This document shows positions 39,301 to 48,865 of a stretch of DNA of 64,000 nucleotides, piece after piece (the stretch's first letter is position 1; each line of letters opens with the position of its first letter). Below the pieces are notes generated by a model. It worked only from the letters and a program-made list of their open reading frames with translations. It searched no databases and was not told where the DNA came from. Both the position numbers and the translations under genes were made by a program. Origin of the DNA: Synechococcus sp. GTDB lineage: Bacteria; Cyanobacteriota; Cyanobacteriia; Thermostichales; PCC-7336. The DNA is taken from assembly GCA_051439425.1 (NCBI GenBank), contig JBFRWD010000075.1, positions 1 to 64,000 on the forward strand, given 5' to 3'.

Positions 39301-40555
39301 CTTTCCCTGACAAGACCTCATTTGCAGTTTCTGCATCACGAAAGAGTTCTGGCCTACAGGTCAGCACTGCTTTTGCTCCAGGAACGACTACTTTGGCTAT
39401 CTCCCAAAAATTATCGACTATCTCTTGATAGTCGACTTTCATAGCCATCTCATCAAAGCCATCAAAGACCAAAAGCAGCTTGCCCATTACATTGAGCTTG
39501 TAGAATGCTTGACTATTGAGGCGGATGTTGTGTTTTGTGAAGAAGAAATTTGCTAATACACTTTCTACATTGAGTGACTTTGTATATTCCCTTAATTGAA
39601 TCACTAACGGAAGTCTAGGCCTTGCTACACCTCTATTTTTTGCATCTAAATACTGCTTCATCTTTGTCCATGCGTAGTGCAGTACCAGCCAAGTTTTACC
39701 ACTCCCAAACTCTCCCATTATCGAGATGTGCCCCTTGGATGGATCGCTCAACCAGGTGTCTAGATATCTCTCTGTATTGGTGTACTCACTTACAGCTAAT
39801 ATCCGATGAGTTTTCTGCTCTACCTCTTCTTTTTTGCAACCCAATGGAACATATAATTTTTCTAATTTCTTGCTGCGAATCTCTGTTTCTAGCCACTCCA
39901 TATACGGTGTAAAATCCGCCGTTTCGTCTATAAATTCATCAAATGTGTAACAAAGTAGCGTTTCGCCCGCCTCTCCCAACGTCTCCGCCTCTGCCCGGGC
40001 TGCTCGACTTACCCGCCGCACAGCAATTAGCCATCCCTCATCCGCCCGCCATTCCTTTACCCCATCCCGCAACCGGCTCAAATCCTTCAACTCCGCTTCT
40101 CCATACACCCCTCGCACCAAAACTCGACTAAACCCGCGCCGCTCTCTCACCCGCAATACAAACTCAAACCACCGCTCGGTTTGCTCTAAACGCCGTTCTA
40201 CTTCGTAACTCAACGTCTCGAACCACCCTTCCAATTGCACCTCAAACGGATCAATCCCCAGTTCTCCGGATTCTGTAGTCGGTACCTCGGGCTCGGCCTG
40301 AGCAATTTTGATCGCGATCGCCTTAAACCCTTTCTTCGTAACCCGTCGCCCTAATACCTCTGACAACGCTGACCACAACTTGGCCCCCTCATCCTTTATG
40401 TGCCCGAGGGAATACCCAGTCTCATCCGCGATTGCCTGATACGACAGCCCAGATAAACTGCTGAGAGCGATCGTCGCTTGCAATTCTGTTAATTCCGACT
40501 GCCCGGCTTCAAGCAACAGTCGGTTTACCCAGTCCAGATCGGTGTGCAATGACAT
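36362..40555 (-). CDS. NLR-like protein: HTH + REase-like domain + NACHT + pentapeptide + about 14 WD40 repeats
   Basis: YQAIADETGYSLGHIKDEGAKLW (HTH), GEFGSGKT, LLVFDGFDEM, LTCR, HRSLLEFFVA, ADFTDASLRDVNF, many GH...W(D/N) repeats. Confidence 0.9.
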   Translation of the reverse strand: MSLHTDLDWVNRLLLEAGQSELTELQATIALSSLSGLSYQAIADETGYSLGHIKDEGAKLWSALSEVLGRRVTKKGFKAIAIKIAQAEPEVPTTESGELGIDPFEVQLEGWFETLSYEVERRLEQTERWFEFVLRVRERRGFSRVLVRGVYGEAELKDLSRLRDGVKEWRADEGWLIAVRRVSRAARAEAETLGEAGETLLCYTFDEFIDETADFTPYMEWLETEIRSKKLEKLYVPLGCKKEEVEQKTHRILAVSEYTNTERYLDTWLSDPSKGHISIMGEFGSGKTWLVLHYAWTKMKQYLDAKNRGVARPRLPLVIQLREYTKSLNVESVLANFFFTKHNIRLNSQAFYKLNVMGKLLLVFDGFDEMAMKVDYQEIVDNFWEIAKVVVPGAKAVLTCRPELFRDAETANEVLSGKVDPSFEMDRQDPPYFEVLELLKFDDDQIRNVLDKRTKSQYISEIMRNEQLLDLLRRPVMVELVLEALPEIEAGKIVDITRVYLYATRRKMERDIATKRTFTSLPDKLFFLCEVAWEMLSTNRLSLNYREFPERLLNLFGPILVKPKELDYWRYDMAGNSMLIRNASGDYMPGHRSLLEFFVAYRLAALLGALNGDLLDISKSQSYINKNLKEIDYRWSAYFQRQVDSESKVLSIPPLKTFILENMELLHRSLGTIPLTQAVFDLVIPMVTSDKNIKSKLLSILNETKVEKPNIGQYSGGNAVNLLVKLDPYVLEGKNLSNCLIVKADFTDASLRDVNFHGATIQDCNVGKFSAPVIKVEFNCDGSLLATAEGDEICLWKIEEETDISGIVQETVLKGHEDWVRTIAFSPEKQQLLASGSYDHDIRIWDAYTGECLKKLSRHQGTIRALSFSPDGQQLASSGDDGRIRLWDVSNWDNITLLNGHEHPVRSVAFIADGQYLASGSQDGTIKIWDLSRCECKKTLREHSGSILALAYSPRRRILASGGEDTSIRVWNIDNWECTSLLIGHSMPIWSITISSDGKYIISGSEDRTVRKWDVELNRCEQTLLKHNNWVRSVALNPSNSLLASGSEDKSVKVCDLNSLTCHTTLQGHTSWVWSIAFRKNRFVSATEDKVIRYWDINTGQCIKSFTGHQGSVRTTDFHPNSVLLASGCDGGDITIWNVETGKKEISLDEHSNWIRSVAFSSDGNYLASGSNDKSVKLWDIDTWKCVETFKEHDKTVRAVVFSPCSRILASVGEDKKLVLRFLRTELKPLIVSDIHDQRVSCLAFSREGGLIATGSEDNSIKIWSIRPNPDQHILFERHIHGHSSYVNSICFVGNNVIATASNDKTIKLWNIVDGRHIDSLTGHSGGVRELCFDASSGILASCSLDETVKLWDLRTGACVSTIDHRPCAGANITAVKGLTDAQRDNLLSLGAIDHSS

Positions 40556-40747
40556 AGTGGAGACAGTTTGGCTGCAGACTACCCCCCCCTTTTACTCCGA
40601 GTATATCCAGTCAGACAGCCACGATCTGACTTAAAATCCGACTTTTCCGACTTTCTGTTACTTCGATAGTAAATCTTTCCGACTGAAATTTTTCAGGCAA
40701 ACGGGTCAAGCTGAACTTGGAAAAGTCTACTCAACCAAAAGGTCGGT

Positions 40748-41005
40748 ATGGCATTTGCCCCTGTCTCCAACAATCGGCTAACGAAGTCCGACATGAAACA
40801 GGCGCTTGCCCGCGATACGACCGGCGAGCTGGAAACATTGCTTGCCCGATTGGTTGTGCTTATGGGTGAAGCAGAGTCTCGAGCTTGGTTAGTTACTCCC
40901 AACGTTCATTTAGACGACGAAACTCCTTGGTCGTTCATCGCCAAAGGTGATTTGAATGTTTTAGGATTCTTTGTCGAGGCGATTGAATCCGGTCAGCCTG
41001 GATAG
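40748..41005 (+). CDS. Xre/MbcA/ParS-type antitoxin (C-terminal domain only)
   Basis: G...SRAWLVTPNVHLDDETP...I..G; directly upstream of a RES gene. Confidence 0.75.
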   Translation: MAFAPVSNNRLTKSDMKQALARDTTGELETLLARLVVLMGEAESRAWLVTPNVHLDDETPWSFIAKGDLNVLGFFVEAIESGQPG

Positions 41006-41055
41006 GGTGTGTTTGGGGACTGTTCTAGCTAAGTGGCAAAAATTTAAGAGCGGCC

Positions 41056-41679
41056 TTGCAGGGACTGTCTCCCTCGTTTGAAACTGGTTACGCGTTTCGC
41101 ATCTCTAGCATCAAATATCTGAAAACACCTCTGTCTGCAATCGGCTCTTTACGGGGAGGAGGACGCTACAACATTGGCAAACGCGAATCTTGCTCGGACT
41201 TTCAGTCAAAAGCCTTCGCCGCATTGTATCTGTGTGACAATCCCGTCACAGGCTTTTTGGAAGTTCAGTGTTTGACCAATGCAAGAGGGCGACTGATGGC
41301 TCATCTGGCCGTGCCCCAAGTGTCATTCACCATCGAATACAAACTTAAATCCGTTCTAGACATTACGGACGACTCTGTGATGGCCACCTTAGAGACCAGC
41401 TTCATGGAACTCACCGGGAAGTGGACGCGCTATCTGGCAGACTCTAGCGGCATTGCACCAACCCAGGAACTGGCGTGTTATGCCTATCACGACACCCCCA
41501 TCCAAGCGCTCAAAGTACCGACTCAGTACGTTTCCGAGACATCAAAACACAACTGGGTCATTTTTCCAGACAAAGTACAGGCAGATTCGGATTGCTCGCT
41601 TAACGTTGTGTTCCCCAATGACTGTTTGGACGCTATTGACGGGCTCAAATCGGGAGATATTGACCTTCAGCTCTCGTAG
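41056..41679 (+). CDS. RES-domain toxin (putative NAD+ phosphorylase)
   Basis: AFRI (R), LSAIGSLRGGGRYN, ALYL...E, VLDIT, PTQELA, ALKVPT (S site as T), NWVIFP; start codon uncertain. Confidence 0.8.
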   Translation: MQGLSPSFETGYAFRISSIKYLKTPLSAIGSLRGGGRYNIGKRESCSDFQSKAFAALYLCDNPVTGFLEVQCLTNARGRLMAHLAVPQVSFTIEYKLKSVLDITDDSVMATLETSFMELTGKWTRYLADSSGIAPTQELACYAYHDTPIQALKVPTQYVSETSKHNWVIFPDKVQADSDCSLNVVFPNDCLDAIDGLKSGDIDLQLS

Positions 41680-41730
41680 TCAAATAGCCATTTCAAAAAG
41701 CATCTTTGTTTCTAGAGAATGAAACAAATC

Positions 41731-41772
41731 TAGCTCTAGTCTTTTAGCTCTAATCTTTTAGCTCTAATCTTT
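41731..41772 (+). repeat. 14-bp tandem repeat TAGCTCTA(A/G)TCTTT x3
   Basis: Read directly from the sequence. Confidence 0.9.
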
Positions 41773-41932
41773 TCAAGGCGATCGTTGTCAGACTTGTCAG
41801 CCCGACTTTGCGGCAGACCTTTCATACGCTGCTGTCGGTCTTGAGCCTCCGACTTGTTTCCCGAGCTTTCTGGCTGTATCTGCGATAGAACTTTCCGAGG
41901 ATTGAGTCAAGTTAATCCAAGGACATATTGCA

Positions 41933-42085
41933 GTGAAACTCAATCGTCGAACTCTTCAGAAATGGGTGTTGATTTTCTCTCTACTTGCCAATACCTCGAC
42001 TGCAGCCTTCAACGGAATTCGAATGTATGACTACTTCCACAGTGCCGATGAAATCGAGGTTTGTTGCGAGCAGTACGAGGTTTAA
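41933..42085 (+). CDS. 50-aa small hypothetical protein with a signal-like N-terminus
   Basis: GTG start with AAGGA upstream; MKLNRRTLQKWVLIFSLLANTSTAAFNGIRMYDYFHSADEIEVCCEQYEV. Confidence 0.4.
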   Translation: MKLNRRTLQKWVLIFSLLANTSTAAFNGIRMYDYFHSADEIEVCCEQYEV

Positions 42086-42351
42086 GTTCGCTTCGGACAA
42101 CTATGCTGTGTCAGCAACTTGTCACGAGATTTTTCCTGTCTATCTTGTGAGTTTCTGACAACTTTATACAGCTATGCTGCGCTACTACTCATTGCCCAAT
42201 TCCCACACCAACACAGCATGTATACCTCGACCCGATTCCATCATTTCCCCTGAAAATAACTGAACTTTTTCTAAGTCGTTCTCGCAATACTGAGCCTATC
42301 CACGCAAGGGTTCATTCCTTGCAAACAGCTACTTAACTAGAGAGCGACACT

Positions 42352-42528
42352 ATGATGACTCAACTGACCTATCGCGGATTACCCATTAACTTCTCTGCCC
42401 ATACCAGAGTCGAAACCCCCGAGTCCGCGCGCTTCTTTGGCCGCACCGCCCCCCTCGACCGCTCCGTCCAGCCCACATCTCTACCCGCCGACCTGCAGTT
42501 CTTCGGTCGTAAAACCACCGCATCTTAG
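42352..42528 (+). CDS. DUF4278-like small protein (58 aa)
   Basis: MMTQLTYRG...RFFGR...LQFFGRK, a three-fold YRG/FFG pattern resembling DUF4278. Confidence 0.65.
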   Translation: MMTQLTYRGLPINFSAHTRVETPESARFFGRTAPLDRSVQPTSLPADLQFFGRKTTAS

Positions 42529-42854
42529 TGGGGTGCCAGGCTTACTTGGAGAGATACCATTCCTCGGCCAACACATTGCAGTAAGCCTGGCCCCAGAGAA
42601 ATGCCCCGATCGTTACATCACCCAAACTACGTTCAGGGCATCGAATTTTCTAACAAAAGAGCATCACTTGTAAAAATGATGCACCGTTAAGCGACATCAT
42701 GAACGTTCCTACCAATAATCAGTCCTCTCGCCAACCTTCAGCCGTCAAAATCCAGCTACTGGAATTAGAGACCATACAATTTGGCGATCGCGGAGAAGAC
42801 ATCGGAGAAAGATGCGTCCCCTACGGGCTCGCACATGCTAGAGCCAACTGGTCC

Positions 42855-44174
42855 TCACAATAGCTGCGCCGCCCTTTCCGCCAACTCCGATCGCTCCCCT
42901 TTCTTCAGCAAAATATGTCCTGCCAGCGGCTCATCCCGAAACTTCTCGATCACGTAAGTCAAGCCATTACTGGCCGCATCCACATAGGGGTTGTCGATCT
43001 GCTCCAAATCTCCGGTCAGAACGATCTTGGTGCCCTCTCCAGCCCGCGTCAAAATCGTCTTCACCTCGTGTGGCGTTAAATTCTGCGCCTCATCCACGAT
43101 TAAATACTGCTTCGGAATTGTCCGTCCGCGAATGTAGGTCAGCGGCTCGATTTGCAACAGCCCCCGCTCCATCAATTCCTCGTGACCGTGCTTCCAATGT
43201 TCGGGGCGATCGATGATATCCTGCGTGCCAAAAATTAAATCGAAATTGTCATACAGCGGCTGCATCCACGGAGCTAGCTTCTCCGTCACATCTCCAGGCA
43301 AATAACCAATATCGTTTCCCATCGGCACCACCGGGCGGGAAATCAATAACCGATTGTACACGTTCGTATCGGCCACCTGGTGCAATCCGGCGGCGATCGC
43401 CAGCAACGTTTTTCCCGTCCCAGCTTTACCCACCAACGTCACCAGCTGGATGGCAGGTCGCAACAGTAACTCAAACGCCAATTTTTGCTCGCGATTGCGG
43501 GGGCGAATACGAGAGACCGACGTGCCCAACACCTCCAGACGGGTGGCGCTGCTGTTGCCTGTAGCAATGGCCAGCGCCGTATGGGAGGGGTTGCTGTTGT
43601 CCACCAGCGTCAGCGCTTGGTTGGCTGGATAGTGGTTGGGTAATGCGGTCTTACCTTCTGCATACAAAACGTTAATGGTGGCAGCATCCACCGTTACTTC
43701 GTTTGTCCCCGCATACAGCTCGTCTACGTCTACCTTGTCGGTTTCGTAATCCTCTGCATCCAGCCCCAACGCATCTGCTTTAATGCGCAGGTTGGTGTCT
43801 TTGCTGACTAACACTACCGGACATTGGCAATTTCCCTTTAGATCCAGCGCCACTGCCAAAATTGCGTTGTCGTTTTTGTCCCCTTCCAACTCGGGAGGCA
43901 GCGACTTGAGAATCTCAGCATTCGACAGCTCCACCCGCAACTGTCCCCCTTTGCCCAGATCGATGCCCTCGAACAAATGTCCTTTGGCACGCATTTCATC
44001 CAAAATCCTGGACACCATTCGGGCATTGCGGCCAATATTCGACGCCTGTTTCTTGAACCGATCCAACTCCTCAATGATGGTGATGGGCAGAACGATGTCG
44101 TTCTCCTGAAATTGATGGATGGACATCGGATCGTGCAGCAGCACGTTGGTATCAAGAACGTAGGCTTTTTTCAT
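42855..44174 (-). CDS. PIN-PhoH (PhoH2) RNase/ATPase
   Basis: YVLDTNVLLHDP, EELD, NDNAIL, VSKDTNLRIKA, GKAGTGKT, IGYLPG, IRGR, DEAQN, GDLEQID. Confidence 0.93.
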   Translation of the reverse strand: MKKAYVLDTNVLLHDPMSIHQFQENDIVLPITIIEELDRFKKQASNIGRNARMVSRILDEMRAKGHLFEGIDLGKGGQLRVELSNAEILKSLPPELEGDKNDNAILAVALDLKGNCQCPVVLVSKDTNLRIKADALGLDAEDYETDKVDVDELYAGTNEVTVDAATINVLYAEGKTALPNHYPANQALTLVDNSNPSHTALAIATGNSSATRLEVLGTSVSRIRPRNREQKLAFELLLRPAIQLVTLVGKAGTGKTLLAIAAGLHQVADTNVYNRLLISRPVVPMGNDIGYLPGDVTEKLAPWMQPLYDNFDLIFGTQDIIDRPEHWKHGHEELMERGLLQIEPLTYIRGRTIPKQYLIVDEAQNLTPHEVKTILTRAGEGTKIVLTGDLEQIDNPYVDAASNGLTYVIEKFRDEPLAGHILLKKGERSELAERAAQLL

Positions 44175-44453
44175 TCAAGTCCTTCTTCATTCAATGAGGG
44201 GAGCCAGAGGGTGTGGCAAACGTTGTAAGGTCGAACGGGATATGCCAAGCCTGGAAAAGTAGCAGTGGCCATACCAATGCGGACATTTCAGCTCCGTTCA
44301 ACCCTGACTGCGATCGGAACCTGTGTCCTAACTGAAATGGCAAACGCTATATCTAGGCGCTGATGGAGTGTAACCGTGATGGTAACGGGCGGCATGCAAT
44401 CTTTCCCTGCATTCTAAGGAAAATACAATCTTCCCAGCAGGCGATCGCCTTCT

Positions 44454-45185
44454 GTGCGAACAAGGGGCACGGCTACTCGCGCAATGACGGATGTCCCCAC
44501 AGCACTTCTGGCCCGGAATAATAAAGTGCAAGCTCCCGATCGTTGTCTGTTCATCCGCCCTCTAATGCCTAAACTGCCCCCCAAAGACTACATACAAGCT
44601 GTCGAATTCCCCACCTCTGTTAGCCTGACCCCCATCGGCAGAGTGCGATCGCCCTACACCGAACGCCACGGTACTCCTCGCCAGTCCCAACTGCATAACC
44701 AGCCCCAGAACTACCAGCCTGCTAGCGCTACTATCGAACTGTTTGAGGAGGTCGTTCCGGCGATCGCCCTCAAAGATCTGGAGGGATTCGACTGGATTTG
44801 GGTGATTGCCTGGTTGCACCTCAATCACCATTGGAACCCGACGGTCGTCCCTCCCCGTGGCCCGCGCGTGCGCCGAGGAACTTTAGCCACCCGTGCCCCC
44901 CACCGTCCCAATCCCATTGGTCTCAGTGCAGTTAGGTTGTTGAAGATAGAAGGCCCCATTCTGCACGTGGAAGGCATCGACTTGCTCGATCGCACCCCCA
45001 TCCTCGATATCAAACCCTATGTCAGTTACTGCGACGCTTTCCCCGACGCATATTGTGGATACGTCAGCGAGATGGAGCAGCAGGGGGAGCGTGAAACCGA
45101 TATTTTTGGCGATCGGGGGCACCCACTGCGAGCTCGCCCCGCTGCCCACAGCAGAGATTCAAACACAGGCATCCGCGATACATAA
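44454..45185 (+). CDS. trmO: tRNA (N6-threonylcarbamoyladenosine(37)-N6)-methyltransferase TrmO/TsaA family
   Basis: PIGRVRSPY, GTPRQ, ATRAPHRPNPIGLS, GIDLLDRTPILDIKPY; likely start at 44484 or 44565. Confidence 0.88.
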   Translation: MRTRGTATRAMTDVPTALLARNNKVQAPDRCLFIRPLMPKLPPKDYIQAVEFPTSVSLTPIGRVRSPYTERHGTPRQSQLHNQPQNYQPASATIELFEEVVPAIALKDLEGFDWIWVIAWLHLNHHWNPTVVPPRGPRVRRGTLATRAPHRPNPIGLSAVRLLKIEGPILHVEGIDLLDRTPILDIKPYVSYCDAFPDAYCGYVSEMEQQGERETDIFGDRGHPLRARPAAHSRDSNTGIRDT

Positions 45186-45235
45186 CTCAGCCACTGAGGC
45201 CCTATCAATTGCCGAGTCCCTGAACAGTTAGCCAA

Positions 45236-46381
45236 TTAGTAGTAGGTGCTTGCCACATTTTGAGAAGGGCTGGAGCCATTCAACACCGTTAGAGGGTTGA
45301 TGGCATAACCATTCTGGCGCACTTCGAAATGGAGGTGAGGACCGGTAGAACGTCCAGTATTTCCCATTGCCATGATGGGTTGCCCCTGCTTCACTTGTTC
45401 CCCAACAGAAACGTACAGGCGACTGGCATGGGCGTAGCGGGTTACGGTGCCATTGGCATGCTCGATATCCACCATGTACCCATAGGCGTAATACCAGCCA
45501 GAGTAGATCACCCGCCCCGACAGAGCGGCTACCACTGGTGTTCCCTCTGGCCCCGCAATATCGATACCTGCGTGGATGCGACCCCACCGCCATCCGTACC
45601 TCGACGTTATGAGACCATTTGTCGGCCAAATCATGACATCTTCCACCGGGATCGTATCCAAGCGGGCAAGTTGAAAGGCTTCGTGATTGGCAGTTGAAAA
45701 GTCCTCGTGGCCCAATACGGTGGGCACCCAGGGGAGTTGAATAATATCTCCCTCGCTCATCTCAGTGAGGGACTCTGCTTCATTGGCCGCCAAAATCGAT
45801 TGCTCAGATAGCGCAAACCGATTAGCCAGACTATCCACGGACTCGCCGGTTTTGAGTCTGTACGGTACGGTGCGGGTCCGATCGGAGGTTGATTCGGGTG
45901 CAAGTTCGAGGTTGTCTGCAGTTGTTTCAGGCTCGGTTGCAGTGCCTAAGTTAGTTTGAGGACTGGGGTTGGCTGGGGGGCTAGAACCGGTTTGAGGAAT
46001 GGTGTCAGTTGAGGAAATGTCCTCAGTCGGTCCTCCGATAGATTCATCGAGTCCATAAGGTAGCCTAAAACTCGATACTGGCTGGTGAAGATCGTGCGAT
46101 CCGTTTAAAAGCTGGGGGGACAGCAGAGGAGTCCCAGGAGCGGGTTCTAGGTTCGTGAGGTCCAGTAATTCATCGGGTAAAGACTTGTCCGAGCTTGACA
46201 AAGAGCTACTAAGTTCGGGCTTCTCCAGCTCATTCAACGGCTTAGTTGTGGTCGTCGATGGACCGTATGCCATCTCGAAAAAGGACGATGCTGCCCCCGC
46301 CGATCCCTGAATGGTTAAGCCGCCGATCGCCACCAGCCCAGCAGATATCAGCAATGTTGTAGCGCTAATGCACAGTCTCAA
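45236..46381 (-). CDS. LysM + M23 peptidoglycan endopeptidase
   Basis: YRLKTGESVDSLANRF (LysM), HAGIDIA, TRYAH, STGPHLHFEV. Confidence 0.9.
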   Translation of the reverse strand: MRLCISATTLLISAGLVAIGGLTIQGSAGAASSFFEMAYGPSTTTTKPLNELEKPELSSSLSSSDKSLPDELLDLTNLEPAPGTPLLSPQLLNGSHDLHQPVSSFRLPYGLDESIGGPTEDISSTDTIPQTGSSPPANPSPQTNLGTATEPETTADNLELAPESTSDRTRTVPYRLKTGESVDSLANRFALSEQSILAANEAESLTEMSEGDIIQLPWVPTVLGHEDFSTANHEAFQLARLDTIPVEDVMIWPTNGLITSRYGWRWGRIHAGIDIAGPEGTPVVAALSGRVIYSGWYYAYGYMVDIEHANGTVTRYAHASRLYVSVGEQVKQGQPIMAMGNTGRSTGPHLHFEVRQNGYAINPLTVLNGSSPSQNVASTYY

Positions 46382-46936
46382 CTGTCGAACCTCTCACACC
46401 TTGCGAGTACTTTTACTTAGAAAGGTTCTCCTGGCAAGCGCTGCAGGCTAGCGTCAATCCGGACAACTGGTTTAACTATTTATGTTTAAAAATCGCTAGA
46501 CCGGCCTGGTTGTAACCGATGTGGCGCAGTGGGTGTTGCTAAATTTCTAGGTGACACACATGTAGAGGTGTGCGCTGGCTAGCAAAATATTGCGAATTCG
46601 CGTAGGTTGGCAGGACAGTATGCGTACCTCGAACGAACAGTTTGTTTGCATGTCATTGCGTGGTTTGGGATGCGTTTTTTGCTCCTGAACTCCTGGTGAA
46701 GTAGTGTCCGGACTGACGTCATCCGGTGGACGCGATTCCCATGACGAGAGCCCCATCGCGCAATTCCCAGATCCCCATCACCGGATTGCTGACAACTTGC
46801 TTCCGATCGCCGCAACGAGCTTTATCCTCGTCTATGGAATTTATGCCCTATGGGCTGACAAACTTTAGTAGCGTCAATATGCACCAACAAACACTCGCGT
46901 TACCATCAACTCAGCGACCCATCACGAAAGCAAACC

Positions 46937-48406
46937 ATGTCCACCACCGTTGCACAACCAAACTGGTCTGTAGTGATTCGCGAATTCGAGCAAGCGGTCG
47001 GTCAACGTCAGGTGGTGAAACATCGAGAAGAATTGCTGGTTTATGAATGCGATGGGTTGACTAGCTATCGTCAACCGCCAGAAGCCGTGGTGTTCCCACG
47101 GACAACTGAAGAAGTGGCGGCTGTTGTTCGGATTTGCGATCGCCACGGCATCCCCTTCATTGCTCGGGGGTCCGGCACAGGCTTGTCAGGTGGGGCCCTT
47201 CCCACAGAAGGGAGTGTATTGATTTCCACTGCCCGCATGCGGCAGATTCTCGATATTGACTTAGCAAACCACCGAATCGTGGTTCAACCGGGAGCGATTA
47301 ACAATTGGGTCACCCAAGCGGTCAGCGGCGATGGATTCTACTACGCCCCCGATCCCTCCAGTCAGATCATTTGTTCTATCGGCGGAAACGTGGCCGAGAA
47401 TTCCGGAGGAGTTCACTGCTTAAAATACGGCGTTACGACCAACCATGTCCTCGGTCTCAAGCTGGTACTGCCAACCGGAGACATCGTAGAAACCGGAGGA
47501 GCAGTTGCGGAAAGCCCTGGCTACGACTTGACTGGAGTGTTTGTCGGTTCGGAAGGGACCTTGGGCATTGCCACCGAGATTACCCTGCGCATTCTCAAAC
47601 GACCGGAATCCATTCGGGTATTGCTCGCCGACTTTTCTAGTGTGGAAGCCGCGGGGGGGGCCGTTTCGGACATTATTGGTGCGGGGATTGTTCCTGGCGG
47701 CATGGAAATGATGGATAACTTCAGCATCAATGCGGTTGAAGATGTTGTTAAAACCGATTGCTATCCCCGAGATGCCGCTGCCATTTTATTGGTGGAACTG
47801 GATGGTTTGGAGGTTGAGGTGGATGTTAACAGCGATCGCGTTGCTGACATTTGTCGCCAGAACGGAGCCCGCAATGTGACCTCAGCCACCGATCCAGAAG
47901 AGCGCTTGCGCTTATGGAAAGGTCGGAAGGCTGCCTTTGCGGCAATGGGAAAATTAAGCCCGGACTACTACGTTCAGGATGGAGTGATTCCTCGGACAAA
48001 ACTTCCCTACGTTCTCAAAGAAATTGAAGCCCTGAGCCAAAAGCACGGCTATCCGGTCGCCAATGTTTTTCATGCGGGAGACGGCAACCTCCACCCCCTA
48101 ATTCTCTACAACAACTCCGAACCCGGAGCCCTAGAGGCGGTTGAGACCTTGGGGGGCGAAATCCTCAAGCTGTGCGTCTCGGTCGGCGGCAGCATTTCTG
48201 GTGAACATGGCATTGGGGCAGACAAGCGATGCTACATGCCCGAAATGTTCTCCCCTGCAGATCTAGACACCATGCAATGGATTCGAAGTGCATTTAACCC
48301 GAAGGGTCTCTCGAACCCCGAGAAAATCTTTCCCACCCCCCGCACCTGTGGGGAGAGTGCTCGCATGCATAACGTCGAATCCCTGAAAGGGGCAGAGGTC
48401 TTTTAG
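46937..48406 (+). CDS. glcD: Glycolate dehydrogenase FAD subunit GlcD
   Basis: YECDGL, RGSGTGLSGG, PDPSSQIICSIGGNVAENSGGVHCLKYG, HAGDGNLHP, GEHGIG. Confidence 0.93.
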   Translation: MSTTVAQPNWSVVIREFEQAVGQRQVVKHREELLVYECDGLTSYRQPPEAVVFPRTTEEVAAVVRICDRHGIPFIARGSGTGLSGGALPTEGSVLISTARMRQILDIDLANHRIVVQPGAINNWVTQAVSGDGFYYAPDPSSQIICSIGGNVAENSGGVHCLKYGVTTNHVLGLKLVLPTGDIVETGGAVAESPGYDLTGVFVGSEGTLGIATEITLRILKRPESIRVLLADFSSVEAAGGAVSDIIGAGIVPGGMEMMDNFSINAVEDVVKTDCYPRDAAAILLVELDGLEVEVDVNSDRVADICRQNGARNVTSATDPEERLRLWKGRKAAFAAMGKLSPDYYVQDGVIPRTKLPYVLKEIEALSQKHGYPVANVFHAGDGNLHPLILYNNSEPGALEAVETLGGEILKLCVSVGGSISGEHGIGADKRCYMPEMFSPADLDTMQWIRSAFNPKGLSNPEKIFPTPRTCGESARMHNVESLKGAEVF

Positions 48407-48480
48407 CCTGCGGGACAGGAAGACACGATTAGCGATCTAAGTGATTTGCCATTTTCTCGATACCAGCAAGCAACAGACAC

Positions 48481-48810
48481 ATGGCAAACTCAAAGCCTCT
48501 GTACGACAAGATTTACGCTACGGTTCGCCGAATTCCATATGGCAAAGTGGCCACCTACGGCCAGGTGGCCCGATGGTCTGGCTATCCGGGATATGCTCGC
48601 CAGGTCGGGTATGCATTATTCCGGCTGGACAAAGATACTGACGTCCCTTGGCAGCGAGTGATCAATGCCAAGGGGGAAATCTCTTCGTCCCCAATGCGGT
48701 ATGGCAGTGATGACTTGCAACAACAAATCCTGATGGATGAGGGGGTGACTTTCAAACGCAACAAAATAGACCTGGTTACCTTCGGTTGGGAAGGAGAACC
48801 AGATCGGTAA
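48481..48810 (+). CDS. Alkyltransferase-like (ATL/MGMT family) protein
   Basis: IPYGKVATYGQVA, ARQVG, VPWQRVIN (Trp in place of the catalytic Cys). Confidence 0.9.
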   Translation: MANSKPLYDKIYATVRRIPYGKVATYGQVARWSGYPGYARQVGYALFRLDKDTDVPWQRVINAKGEISSSPMRYGSDDLQQQILMDEGVTFKRNKIDLVTFGWEGEPDR

Positions 48811-48865
48811 AATAGCGTTTGCTTGAATGCTCTAGCCGTAAACCAGTGAGACAAACACTAGAAAA

